Positions 26,074-34,047 of a DNA stretch of 36,627 bases are shown piece by piece (position 1 is the first letter of the stretch; each line of letters begins with the position of its first letter). The position numbers and the translations under genes were made by a program. The stretch spans positions 1 through 36,627 of IMG/VR virus record IMGVR_UViG_3300018414_000182, one strand, 5' to 3'. The notes below the pieces were generated by a model. That model made no database searches. It saw nothing but the letters and a program-made list of their open reading frames with translations, and had not been told where the DNA came from. The stretch is from a virus (Duplodnaviria; Caudoviricetes).

Positions 26074-26500
26074 ATTGGGTTTGTTCGGCGATCCAGGAGG
26101 GGGCTACCGGGCGGTGCTCGGCTTGTGGGAAGTCCGGGGATTGGGGCCAGTCGCGTAGGGATTGCATGTACACAAGCAGCTCCTTGAACTGCTCACTGGT
26201 CAGCGTCGTGGCTGTCGCGATTTCGAGCTGGTCACGGTGCCGCTCGCGTAGCCACATGAAAGATGACAGCTCTGCATCGCGCCACTGGCGTTCCTGTGCT
26301 GCTGGATCAAGAAGCACCTCGGGGGCATCAATCAGATAGGGCAAGCCCAGTTCATCATGAACCCGAATCTTGCCTGGACTTGGGTTTCCAATTACCGAGA
26401 GATAACGCTCATCAGATATCTCTACTGCGTCGTCGGGTATCGACGTATGCAACCCCATCAGGTAAGTGGTCTTTGTGCTCTGGCTGTAAAAACGCTGCAT
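26072..26500 (-). CDS. Tail fibre assembly chaperone (P2-like tailocin)
   Basis: FYS.ST..., IPDDAVEIS, ERQWRD, YMQSLRDWPQSPDFP motifs. Confidence 0.88.
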   Translation of the reverse strand: MQRFYSQSTKTTYLMGLHTSIPDDAVEISDERYLSVIGNPSPGKIRVHDELGLPYLIDAPEVLLDPAAQERQWRDAELSSFMWLRERHRDQLEIATATTLTSEQFKELLVYMQSLRDWPQSPDFPQAEHRPVAPSWIAEQTQ

Positions 26501-26503
26501 ATT

Positions 26504-28951
26504 TCACCATCCAATCGCGATGTAAGAGATGTCATATCCGGCCCCGCCAACTGCCGAGTAAAAGATCGCGCCGTCACGCGAGGGAGACCCGGTTGAAACA
26601 CCGCCGCTTGGCGCCGCTGACCCGCCGAAAGATGCAGAGCAGCGACCAAATGCATTGGGGAAAGCCATGGGCCATGTCACTGGAACTGCCGCTGCACTCG
26701 GCTTCAGAACATACCCCCACTGAACGACTAGCCCTCCCAGCCAGGAGGGGAAAGCTACATATCCGTTTGCCGCCAGGCTCATTGCAAAACCGAGGCGTAG
26801 TTTTTTAGGCGTTGCGATCACCGCGTCGCTTGCACTGTCTAGCATCTGCGCATCTGTAGCGACCTTGGCAGTCCCCTGTTTTATCTCAGTCGCCTGAACA
26901 GCCAACGGCGCCAGTGCGGCGATGTCAATGTTTCCCTGGTTGACGGGTGCGTTCCAAGCTTTGATGCACCACATCACCGCTAGGTTGCGCGGGCGGGTTT
27001 CCGAACCAACCCGAGGTACACCATTCACGCCGTCACTAACGAAAGCGCCGGTTAAGTTACGTGGTCTTGTGCTCGGAGCGACGGAACCAAGCGGCGGGCC
27101 GAACGCTAGATCACCTGCGCCGTTATCATCATTCCCCCAGGCTGCGCCATTCTTAGTCCGCATCGTTTCCATACGAAACCCCTGCAGGCTATCGAGCTGA
27201 ATAGAGCCAATTGCGCGACCAGGATCTAATCCGCGCCCATGGTCCCAACCCCGCAAGAACTCCCCCCGCGACTCAGGCAACCGGAAGTTTCCAGCGCCCT
27301 CATCGCCCTTGTTAAAGGTGGTCCCCAGATACGCCGCAAGATCGGGATAAGCGGCAATGCTTTGCACGCTACCGTTGAGTTCAAGGTAGCCCGCTGGAAC
27401 CTCAGCCTTGGGAAATGGAATGATGGCGCCGACAGGGTGCGCAGACTTGAGTGCCGCCAGTTCCTTTACCAGCGCTGCTATGTCGATATTTCCCTGATTG
27501 ACTGATGCGTTCCACGCCTTGATGCACCACATGACAGCAATGTTGTGCGGGCGAGTTTCGTACGCAATCCTAGGAGTTCCATGAACAGTATCCGTGACAG
27601 GATTTCCAGTTGATGCCGCTGGAATCATCGATGGACCCGGCGATGGCGCAGAACTGCCACCAATTGGGACGCTTTCCATAATCGAAGTCCCAGACAGCGG
27701 CGAATGTCGATGTCCCTGCATAGCATCGGTTTGCGTGGTACCGCAGCCACGATCAGGATCTATACCACGCCCATGATCCCACCCCCGCAAAAACTCACCC
27801 CGGGACTCGGGCAAGCGGAAGTTTCCCGCCCCCTCATCACCCTTGTTGAAGGTGGTCCCCAGATACGCCGCCAGATCCGGATAAGCCGCAACGCTCTGCA
27901 CACTGCCATCAATCTCCAGAAACCCCGGCGGCACGCTGGCTCTGGGAAACGCCACCATCGAGCCCACCGGCAACGATGACGACTGGGCCACAATCGACTC
28001 GATCTCGGCCTTGGTGTAGGTGTCGGTAATGCCATGCCCGGCCAGGGTGCTCGGGTTGGTCCCGGCAATCACCCGGCCGTACTTGTCGACCGTGACGTTG
28101 GCATAGGAGCCCGCACTGATACCGGTTCGCCCGATGGCCATCTCGAAGGCCAGCGGCGTGGTGCCGAGGACAATCGGCCCGTCGGTGACCAACTGCCAGA
28201 CGCTGTCGCCGTTGACCGTGCCCTTCTCGATGCTGACGAACAGCCCCGGGGTGACCTCCAGGCTGGTGTCCGCATCCTGGGCTCGGGTCCAGACGCCCGT
28301 CGACGACACCACATACAAGCCGTTGTCCTTGGCCTGGGCCTGGTTTTTCACCAGTACCCGGGCATCGGCCGGCAGCAGCACGCCGTCGATGGTCTGAATC
28401 CCGCTCAAGGCGATGTTGGCGGTGGTGGCTACCAGCGCCGAGTGCTTGAAGTCAAGCTTGGCCAGGGCCTCGATCACCGCATTGTCGACATACTCGCGGG
28501 TGGCCAGGACCACCGCCGGATCGATCTTCAACACGATCTGCGCGGTGTTGGCGACGATGAAGTTCATGCGGATGACTTGGGTCTTGCCGGTGCCCTGGGC
28601 CAGCAGGGGCTTGAAGCTCGGGGCGCAGTTGGCCACTGCCACCAGGTCGCCGTCGGCGTCGAACAGGCCGATCTCACGGATCCAGCGCCCGCCGACATCA
28701 GGCGGGATCACTTGCTCGGTGATGATGATGTTGGGGTTGGCCGGGTCGGTGCGCACCTGGTTGACCGGGGCGCGGCGCCATTCGTTGATCAGCTTGGTCT
28801 GAGCCCGGTTCGGGATGGGGTCGGTGCCGTTGGCATCGCCGACCGCCATTTCCTTGAAGGTCCAGGGCGTGCCCAGGGCCGTGGCGTTGGCCTGTTTCGC
28901 CTCGCCCACCGCCGTGAGCATGGCGAAGAACTGACTGTTGGAATCAATCAT
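26504..28951 (-). CDS. Tail fibre A (P2 gpH-like), 815 aa, two tail-collar domains
   Basis: DUF3751-type N-terminus (LTAVGEAK..GDANG..WIREIGLFD), two collar modules, C-terminal GLVVQWG..WPMAFPN..YIAIGW domain. Confidence 0.93.
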   Translation of the reverse strand: MIDSNSQFFAMLTAVGEAKQANATALGTPWTFKEMAVGDANGTDPIPNRAQTKLINEWRRAPVNQVRTDPANPNIIITEQVIPPDVGGRWIREIGLFDADGDLVAVANCAPSFKPLLAQGTGKTQVIRMNFIVANTAQIVLKIDPAVVLATREYVDNAVIEALAKLDFKHSALVATTANIALSGIQTIDGVLLPADARVLVKNQAQAKDNGLYVVSSTGVWTRAQDADTSLEVTPGLFVSIEKGTVNGDSVWQLVTDGPIVLGTTPLAFEMAIGRTGISAGSYANVTVDKYGRVIAGTNPSTLAGHGITDTYTKAEIESIVAQSSSLPVGSMVAFPRASVPPGFLEIDGSVQSVAAYPDLAAYLGTTFNKGDEGAGNFRLPESRGEFLRGWDHGRGIDPDRGCGTTQTDAMQGHRHSPLSGTSIMESVPIGGSSAPSPGPSMIPAASTGNPVTDTVHGTPRIAYETRPHNIAVMWCIKAWNASVNQGNIDIAALVKELAALKSAHPVGAIIPFPKAEVPAGYLELNGSVQSIAAYPDLAAYLGTTFNKGDEGAGNFRLPESRGEFLRGWDHGRGLDPGRAIGSIQLDSLQGFRMETMRTKNGAAWGNDDNGAGDLAFGPPLGSVAPSTRPRNLTGAFVSDGVNGVPRVGSETRPRNLAVMWCIKAWNAPVNQGNIDIAALAPLAVQATEIKQGTAKVATDAQMLDSASDAVIATPKKLRLGFAMSLAANGYVAFPSWLGGLVVQWGYVLKPSAAAVPVTWPMAFPNAFGRCSASFGGSAAPSGGVSTGSPSRDGAIFYSAVGGAGYDISYIAIGW

Positions 28952-29553
28952 GAGTACACATCCAGGGTGTCTGTTTCATCAATACACATGACCTGGCCAT
29001 AACGACCGGTCACTTCAATGTCGCGGGGTGTCGGGGGATAAACGTCGAGCACTTCGCCTTGATCCACGTAGGCGCCGTAACCAATCACTCCGGAGGTTTC
29101 CAGGCTGATGGCCAGGCCGGTCATGTGCCGGCTGACCGGCCGGGCGTCGTCGATCAGGCGGGTCAGCTCCTGGTACATCTGTTCGGTGATACCGGTGTCC
29201 AGAACGCCGACCTTCAGGGCAAAGGTGGCCGGTTCACCTTCTGGAACCGTCTGCCACCATTCGACCACTTCGATCAGGTAGCCCAGCGGTTCCACCACTC
29301 GCCGCAGTGCACCGAGGGTGCCTTTGCGGGCGTGGATGAAGTAGGAGGCGCGAATGGCGTTGCGCTTGACCGTCTCGCTCCAGCCCGGGTCCCAGCGATC
29401 CACCGACCAGGCCCAGGCCAGTTGCGGCAGCAGGTGCACCGGGCAGGTCGCCGGGTCGTACAGGGTGCGCAGCATTATGGCGCTGTCACCGCTACCGGCC
29501 GCCGCCAAGGCGCGCTCCAGCGGGGTGCTGTTGATCGGCAGTAGGCTGCTCAT
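28948..29553 (-). CDS. P2 gpI-like baseplate protein, 201 aa
   Basis: SLLPINSTPLE, CPVHLLPQLAWAWSVDRW, KGTLGALRR, ARPVSRH. Confidence 0.93.
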   Translation of the reverse strand: MSSLLPINSTPLERALAAAGSGDSAIMLRTLYDPATCPVHLLPQLAWAWSVDRWDPGWSETVKRNAIRASYFIHARKGTLGALRRVVEPLGYLIEVVEWWQTVPEGEPATFALKVGVLDTGITEQMYQELTRLIDDARPVSRHMTGLAISLETSGVIGYGAYVDQGEVLDVYPPTPRDIEVTGRYGQVMCIDETDTLDVYS

Positions 29554-29554
29554 C

Positions 29555-30436
29555 TCAGCCCCCCAACTTGACGCTGTAGCCGATGCAGTACGCCGCCTGG
29601 GCTTTGCTCGGGGTGATGTCCTGCCAATCGGCAAGGTCGACCCGGGCCACGCCGGCCACATGCAACTGTGCATCGATGGCCGAACGGGCCACCTCGATGC
29701 CCAGGCGCCGACGTGGGTTGATCCAGGCCGCCAGCCTGCGCTCGGCCTCGGCCAGGGCCGCATCACTTTCCGGCCCTGGCCCCTTCATGTGCAGCACGGC
29801 GTCGATGCGATAGGGCAACACTTGCGCACTCTGCACCGTGACCCGATCCCCCAGGGGCCGCACGTCCTCATCGTTGAGGGCCGCAGCGACTGTCGCCAGC
29901 AGCTCGGGAGCGGCCGTGCCGTTGCCTTCCAGGCTCAGCACCGTGACCGTCACCCGGGCCGGCGCCGGGCTTTCGGCCTCGGCATCGGCCACCAGGGCCG
30001 AAGCATTGCGGGCATGCAGGATGTAGCTGTTACGCGGCCCGGCGGTGGTCAGCCCTTCGTAGGCCAACTGGATGCGCTCGCGCAGGGCGTCGTCCGACTC
30101 CCTGATTTCCTCCAGCGCTGGCACCGCCAACGGATCGCCGGCCTGGATCACCAGGCGCTGCAGTTTGACGTTGGCCGCCAGGTGATCCAGGTCGGTGCCC
30201 TGGGCATGGGCCAGCAACAATGCCTTGGCGGCGTCGTTGACCCGGGCCCGCAGCAGCATGTCAGCGTAAGCCGAGACTTCCAGCAGTTTGCTCACCGGGT
30301 CGCTTTCCAGGTTGGCCGTCCAGTTCTCGCCCATGTGCCGGCGAAAGGTGGCCAGCTTGCCTTGGTACAAGGCCTCGAAGTCCAGGGCTTCAAGCACCTG
30401 GGGGGCCGGCAGCGCCGACAGGTCCAACGTACTCAT
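29555..30436 (-). CDS. P2 gpJ-like baseplate protein
   Basis: LDLSALPAP, ESDP, ESDDALRER, TAGPRNSY, VRPLGDRV. Confidence 0.93.
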   Translation of the reverse strand: MSTLDLSALPAPQVLEALDFEALYQGKLATFRRHMGENWTANLESDPVSKLLEVSAYADMLLRARVNDAAKALLLAHAQGTDLDHLAANVKLQRLVIQAGDPLAVPALEEIRESDDALRERIQLAYEGLTTAGPRNSYILHARNASALVADAEAESPAPARVTVTVLSLEGNGTAAPELLATVAAALNDEDVRPLGDRVTVQSAQVLPYRIDAVLHMKGPGPESDAALAEAERRLAAWINPRRRLGIEVARSAIDAQLHVAGVARVDLADWQDITPSKAQAAYCIGYSVKLGG

Positions 30437-30759
30437 GCCGTCACCTCCAAAACCGTGCTGTTACCCAGGTACTGGCCGGTCAGTTGAAAGCTGATCTGAC
30501 CTCCGACCACCGCGACCACGCTGACCCGTTCCAGCTTCAGCCGCGGCTCCCAGCGCAACAGCGCCCGGGCCACTTCGGCCTGTACTGCGCTTTTCCAGCC
30601 GCCGGTCACCGGCAGGTCGACATAGCGGCGCAGGTTGCTGCCGTATTCGGGGCGCATCCGCCGGCTGCCCAGGGGCGTGGTCAGGATGTCCTCGATGGAC
30701 TGCCGCACATGCTCGATGCCGGACAGCGACAGGCCGGTACGGCGATCCATTCCGATCAT
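30433..30759 (-). CDS. P2 gpW/gp25-like sheath initiator, 108 aa
   Basis: GMDRRTG, HVRQSIEDILTTPLGSRRMRPEYGS, RWEPR. Confidence 0.93.
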   Translation of the reverse strand: MIGMDRRTGLSLSGIEHVRQSIEDILTTPLGSRRMRPEYGSNLRRYVDLPVTGGWKSAVQAEVARALLRWEPRLKLERVSVVAVVGGQISFQLTGQYLGNSTVLEVTA

Positions 30760-30763
30760 GGCC

Positions 30764-30967
30764 TTACTCCTGTGCCTGCAGATCCGGGTGGCTGGCGAGG
30801 TAGTCCAGGGCAACGCGGTCGCCGGCCTTGGCCGACACCTGTCCCTGGACCACCGACAATTGGCGGCCGTCCGGCAGGATCAGATGACGCGAGGTGTAAA
30901 GACGGTCGCGAAACACCACGGCGCCGGTGCCCGCTGGGCGACCGGGGGTTTTCTTGGGGGTGGCCAT
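30764..30967 (-). CDS. Small hypothetical phage protein, 67 aa
   Basis: GGAGA RBS, ATG at 30967 (MATPKKTPG..FRDRLYTSRHLILPDGR); stop abuts the gpW RBS. Confidence 0.65.
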   Translation of the reverse strand: MATPKKTPGRPAGTGAVVFRDRLYTSRHLILPDGRQLSVVQGQVSAKAGDRVALDYLASHPDLQAQE

Positions 30968-30983
30968 TGCATTCTCCGGGTAG

Positions 30984-31006
30984 AAAAAAACCGCTCTGGG
31001 CGGGTT
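30984..31006 (-). terminator. Intrinsic terminator after spike gene
   Basis: Minus strand CCGC-ccaga-GCGG-TTTTTTT. Confidence 0.6.
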
Positions 31007-31056
31007 GCTTGGGTGATAGGTAGCAAGTGGGTCGTGAGGGCGATGAGGGCCAAGGG

Positions 31057-31647
31057 TCACTGCGGCGGGGCCGTTGCCCCGGGGCCTGGCATCACCCCAA
31101 GGTGGGTATGGGTCGAGCCGACGTTGACCCCGTTGTGCGTCAAGCTGCCACCGTTGATCTGCACGTCGCCATTCAAGGTGATCGCACCGGTCAGGGTGAT
31201 GCTGGCGGCGTTGCCGGTAATGCTGCTGTCGGTGACCTGCGCCGAGCTGGCGCCAACCTGAATGCTCACCGTGCCGCTGGGCAGGCTGATGCTGTAGCTC
31301 TTGGCCTGCCAGTCATAGACCAGCGAGCCGCCATCCTCGAAGCGCCAGACTTCGACGTGGTCGCGGTTGTCCGGCTGGGGACCGGCGTTGCCATACAGGC
31401 CGGGAACGAAAGTGCCCTGGGCCGGCTCGCCGCTGGGGCTGATCAACACGCCCTGCTCCCCCAGGCTCGGCGCCCGCCAGTGACGGGCCTTGCCGGCGGC
31501 CTGGCTGTGCCAGCGCACCCAGGCGCTGGTCCAGCCGGCGCCATCGGACACCCGCACCAGGCCGGCCGCCAGATCCACGCCGACCACGCAGCAAGGCAGG
31601 ATCAGGCCGGCAATCATGCGGTCGTGGGTTGCAGACACGTAACTCAC
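31057..31647 (-). CDS. P2 gpV-like baseplate spike, 196 aa
   Basis: GTG at 31647; WRAPSLGEQ..SPSGE, RFEDG...YD, C-terminal HTH(LGV) metal tip. Confidence 0.92.
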   Translation of the reverse strand: MSYVSATHDRMIAGLILPCCVVGVDLAAGLVRVSDGAGWTSAWVRWHSQAAGKARHWRAPSLGEQGVLISPSGEPAQGTFVPGLYGNAGPQPDNRDHVEVWRFEDGGSLVYDWQAKSYSISLPSGTVSIQVGASSAQVTDSSITGNAASITLTGAITLNGDVQINGGSLTHNGVNVGSTHTHLGVMPGPGATAPPQ

Positions 31648-32165
31648 GCCATGTGCTCCGGCGACTGGTAGTCGCCCTCGTGACCGGGCCCGGTATCGGG
31701 GCTGAAGCCCAGCACCAGCGTGCCCGGCGGTTGATCGGCCCAGGGCCATTGTTCCTGCCCCAGGTAGATAAGCTGCTGCCACTGCACGATCCACTCGGCG
31801 CGATAAGTCGGATCGGCCACCGTACCGGCAGGCTTGGCCCACACCGCCGTTGCCCCCTCGACAAAGTCCAGGTTCCACTGCTGGCAACGCAACAGCTCAA
31901 GCAGCTGCGCCGCGAGAATGGCCGCCTGCATAGGCGCCTGCGCCAGTTCGGGGTCGACCCGTATCCGCGCCTCGAAGGTGGCCCGCATGCAACTGCGGCC
32001 ATCACCGGGGTCGGCGGCCTGATCCAGGCCGGTCACCACGAAGTAGAGCGCCGGTTCAGTGACGCCTTCGAGCATCTTGGGGAAGGCCTCAACCCTGTGC
32101 AGTTGCGGCATCGCCTGCTTGATCGTGGACGTGATGGCGTCTTTTAGCTGGGTCAGTTCGTTCAT
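31644..32165 (-). CDS. Tail terminator/collar protein (PA0615-like position), 173 aa
   Basis: ATG at 32165; DPGDGR, WIVQWQQLIYLG; between holin and spike as in R2 pyocin. Confidence 0.75.
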   Translation of the reverse strand: MNELTQLKDAITSTIKQAMPQLHRVEAFPKMLEGVTEPALYFVVTGLDQAADPGDGRSCMRATFEARIRVDPELAQAPMQAAILAAQLLELLRCQQWNLDFVEGATAVWAKPAGTVADPTYRAEWIVQWQQLIYLGQEQWPWADQPPGTLVLGFSPDTGPGHEGDYQSPEHMA

Positions 32166-32245
32166 GTGTGTTGTTCCTGAAACAGGTCGAGGCGCCCAGC
32201 CGCCGGGGCCGATGAGCCTTGTTGAAGGCCGGAGCCGATGCGGGA

Positions 32246-32596
32246 TCAGCGCTGATCCGGGTTCGAGTCCCGTGAGGGCGGTTCGCATACCCCGATGCGC
32301 TTGGCCGCCCAGCGCTCATAGAGGCCGATGGCGACGTCGGCGCCGGCCATGGCGGTCAGGCAACCGAAGGCGCAGGCGGTCCAGATCGAGACGCCGGCGG
32401 CATACAGCAGCATGATTGCCGAGACCCCGCAGACCACGCAGGCTCCAGAGCGCAGCGCCAGGCGCCGCAACAGCGACCAGCCACGGGCGCCCTCCTTGTC
32501 GGCGCGCCACATTTCGCCGGAAACGCCACCGACCAGCGCCAGGACGATGACCAGCCAGATCGGCATGTCCAGCAACGCTTGCTGCTCGTTTGTCAT
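32246..32596 (-). CDS. Holin
   Basis: 116 aa with 2-3 hydrophobic helices; MTNEQQAL..MPIWLVI is typical of Pseudomonas tailocin holins; first gene of the operon; GGAG RBS. Confidence 0.88.
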   Translation of the reverse strand: MTNEQQALLDMPIWLVIVLALVGGVSGEMWRADKEGARGWSLLRRLALRSGACVVCGVSAIMLLYAAGVSIWTACAFGCLTAMAGADVAIGLYERWAAKRIGVCEPPSRDSNPDQR

Positions 32597-32700
32597 TCAC
32601 GTCTCCCGTGCGGATTGAGGCCAGCGAGATGGCCAGTTGATAGAAAGCTGAAAAGGGTGGTTCAAGGGGTCCCTGTCTGTTGGCGGCCCACGTTAGGCAG

Positions 32701-32741
32701 GCATTCCAAAAAGCCCGGTCGCCCGGGCTTTTCAGTAATGC
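32701..32741 (-). terminator. Leader terminator upstream of holin
   Basis: GCATT-AC-TGAAAAGCCCGG-gcga-CCGGGCTTTTTGG-AATGC: GC stem, U tract and an extended outer stem. Confidence 0.75.
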
Positions 32742-32949
32742 AAACCTTGGTCTTTCGGCACTACTGGTGCGGTACGGACCCATTCAAATTGTTCCTCCGA
32801 CCGCGACCCTGTCCGCCGGATAACTGCTTCTGGTGCTTTACGCTGCACACCCGGGTCAGTTGCCAACCCTCTGAACCGTCGAGGCCGGTTCATCGCTGCC
32901 TTTGCTTTGCCACTAAAGAGCGTCGTTGCAGCCGTTGTTGAACGGCTTG
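32701..32949 (-). ncRNA. Putative structured 5' leader RNA of the tailocin operon
   Basis: Lies between the predicted TSS (~32949) and the terminator; five consecutive hairpins plus boxA-like CGCTCTTTA (32914-32922); no credible ORF. Confidence 0.5.
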
Positions 32950-32955
32950 AGATGG

Positions 32956-32984
32956 ATAATATGCATCAATGCATACACAGTCAA
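32956..32984 (-). promoter_or_regulatory. sigma70 promoter of tailocin operon
   Basis: TTGACT (32984-32979), 17 bp spacer, TATTAT (32961-32956). Confidence 0.8.
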
Positions 32985-33047
32985 TGCGCAAATGCATTTA
33001 TTTATGCGCAATAATTGCACGAATGCATGGAGGCCGCATAAATGCAG
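32961..33047. promoter_or_regulatory. Array of 14-bp palindromic operators (WTGCR-N4-TGCAW), probable PrtR sites
   Basis: ATGCATCAATGCAT 32961-74, ATGCGCAAATGCAT 32984-97, TTGCACGAATGCAT 33015-28, weaker CCGCATAAATGCAG 33034-47. Confidence 0.7.
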
Positions 33048-33070
33048 GGTGGGTGGATTTTTCGAGGGCG

Positions 33071-33098
33071 AAAAAAAGCCCGCTCAGTGGCGGGCTTT
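33071..33098 (-). terminator. prtR terminator
   Basis: AAAGCCCGC-cactga-GCGGGCTTTTTTT. Confidence 0.85.
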
Positions 33099-33114
33099 GT
33101 CTGACGGAGAGGGC

Positions 33115-33852
33115 TTAGCGGGCGTACATGCCCCACCAGAAGACGTGACCGAGGATGCTGATCTGCTCCTCCTGGATCTCCTGGAAGCTGTAGTCCTCGT
33201 CCGGGTGCTCATCGCGGTTGAAGCTGCGCAGGCGAATCCCGGTGGGCAGGCGATACAGCTGCTTTACTCGCAGCTGGCCGTTGTGGTTGATGGCGTAGAG
33301 GTCGCCATCGACGATGTCGCCGATCGCGCATTTGCCGGCATTGACCCCGACCGTGGCCCCATCGCGCAGCACCGGCAACATGCTGTTGCCCCGCACCGTG
33401 ACGCACTTGGCCTGATCGAACTGCACGCCGTTGTGCCGCAGGCTGCGCTTGCCGAAGCGCAGGCTGGCGCGCTCGCTTTCCTCGATGACGAATCTTCCTG
33501 ATCCAGCAGCCAATTCAACCTCACGCAGAAAGGGAACCGACACCTCGTCGTCATCGACGGGAGTGTCGTCGTCCCACAGGCTTATGTCCTTGAGTTCCGA
33601 ATGAATCTCGTCACGGGGGGCCGCAGTCCGGCCAGGCGCGATATCCACGCGCCCGCGCAACTGGTCGGTGCTCACCTGGAAGTATTCGGCGATCCGCGAG
33701 ATGTGCTTATCCGAGGGATCGACGATCTTCCCGCTGAGAATCCGCGAGAGGGTGGATTGAGGCACACCGGTACGGCGATGAAGCTCCGTGGGGGAGATTC
33801 CATCACGATCCAGCAGCTCTCTTAAGACGGTAGAAACATTGCGTATTTGCAT
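33115..33852 (-). CDS. prtR: PrtR-like / CI-like repressor (XRE HTH + S24 peptidase), ~245 aa
   Basis: HTH (TELHRRTGVPQSTLSRIL), ELAAGSG Ala-Gly cleavage site, GNSM serine and RVK lysine; alternative start at 33861. Confidence 0.9.
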   Translation of the reverse strand: MQIRNVSTVLRELLDRDGISPTELHRRTGVPQSTLSRILSGKIVDPSDKHISRIAEYFQVSTDQLRGRVDIAPGRTAAPRDEIHSELKDISLWDDDTPVDDDEVSVPFLREVELAAGSGRFVIEESERASLRFGKRSLRHNGVQFDQAKCVTVRGNSMLPVLRDGATVGVNAGKCAIGDIVDGDLYAINHNGQLRVKQLYRLPTGIRLRSFNRDEHPDEDYSFQEIQEEQISILGHVFWWGMYAR

Positions 33853-33910
33853 AAAACGCATATTGCTCGATCTTTTAAACAATGACAAATGCTGTTTTGC
33901 ATATTTGCAA
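33839..33910. promoter_or_regulatory. Two more operator palindromes at prtR start (autoregulation)
   Basis: TTGCGTATTTGCAT 33839-52 and TTGCATATTTGCAA 33897-910 match the operon operators. Confidence 0.65.
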
Positions 33911-34047
33911 GGCATTTGCCGGACAAACCTGGTCGCGCCTTGGTGCCTGCGAGCCCAGGGCGCCCATGGTAACCTTGCCGCCATCTGCAAAAAGCCGGGC
34001 CCAGCGCTCCTTTGCTTCACCCATTCAACGAATCCGCCTAAATACCA

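Larger units (their letters stand above)
884..33852 (-). mobile_element. Double R-type tailocin (phage tail-like bacteriocin) island between mutS and cinA
   Basis: Two sets of sheath/tube/baseplate/tape-measure/fibre genes, one repressor, one holin and one endolysin-spanin set; no head, terminase, integrase or replication genes; mutS-cinA is an established tailocin locus in the P. fluorescens complex. Confidence 0.93.

Noticed and set aside
32965-32980. LexA box at the tailocin promoter
   Set aside because: Only a CTGT half-site on the minus strand; no CAG at the required spacing.
884-33852. Intact prophage or eCIS/T6SS
   Set aside because: No capsid, portal, terminase, integrase or replication genes; no AAA+ ATPase or Afp/Tss-type components.
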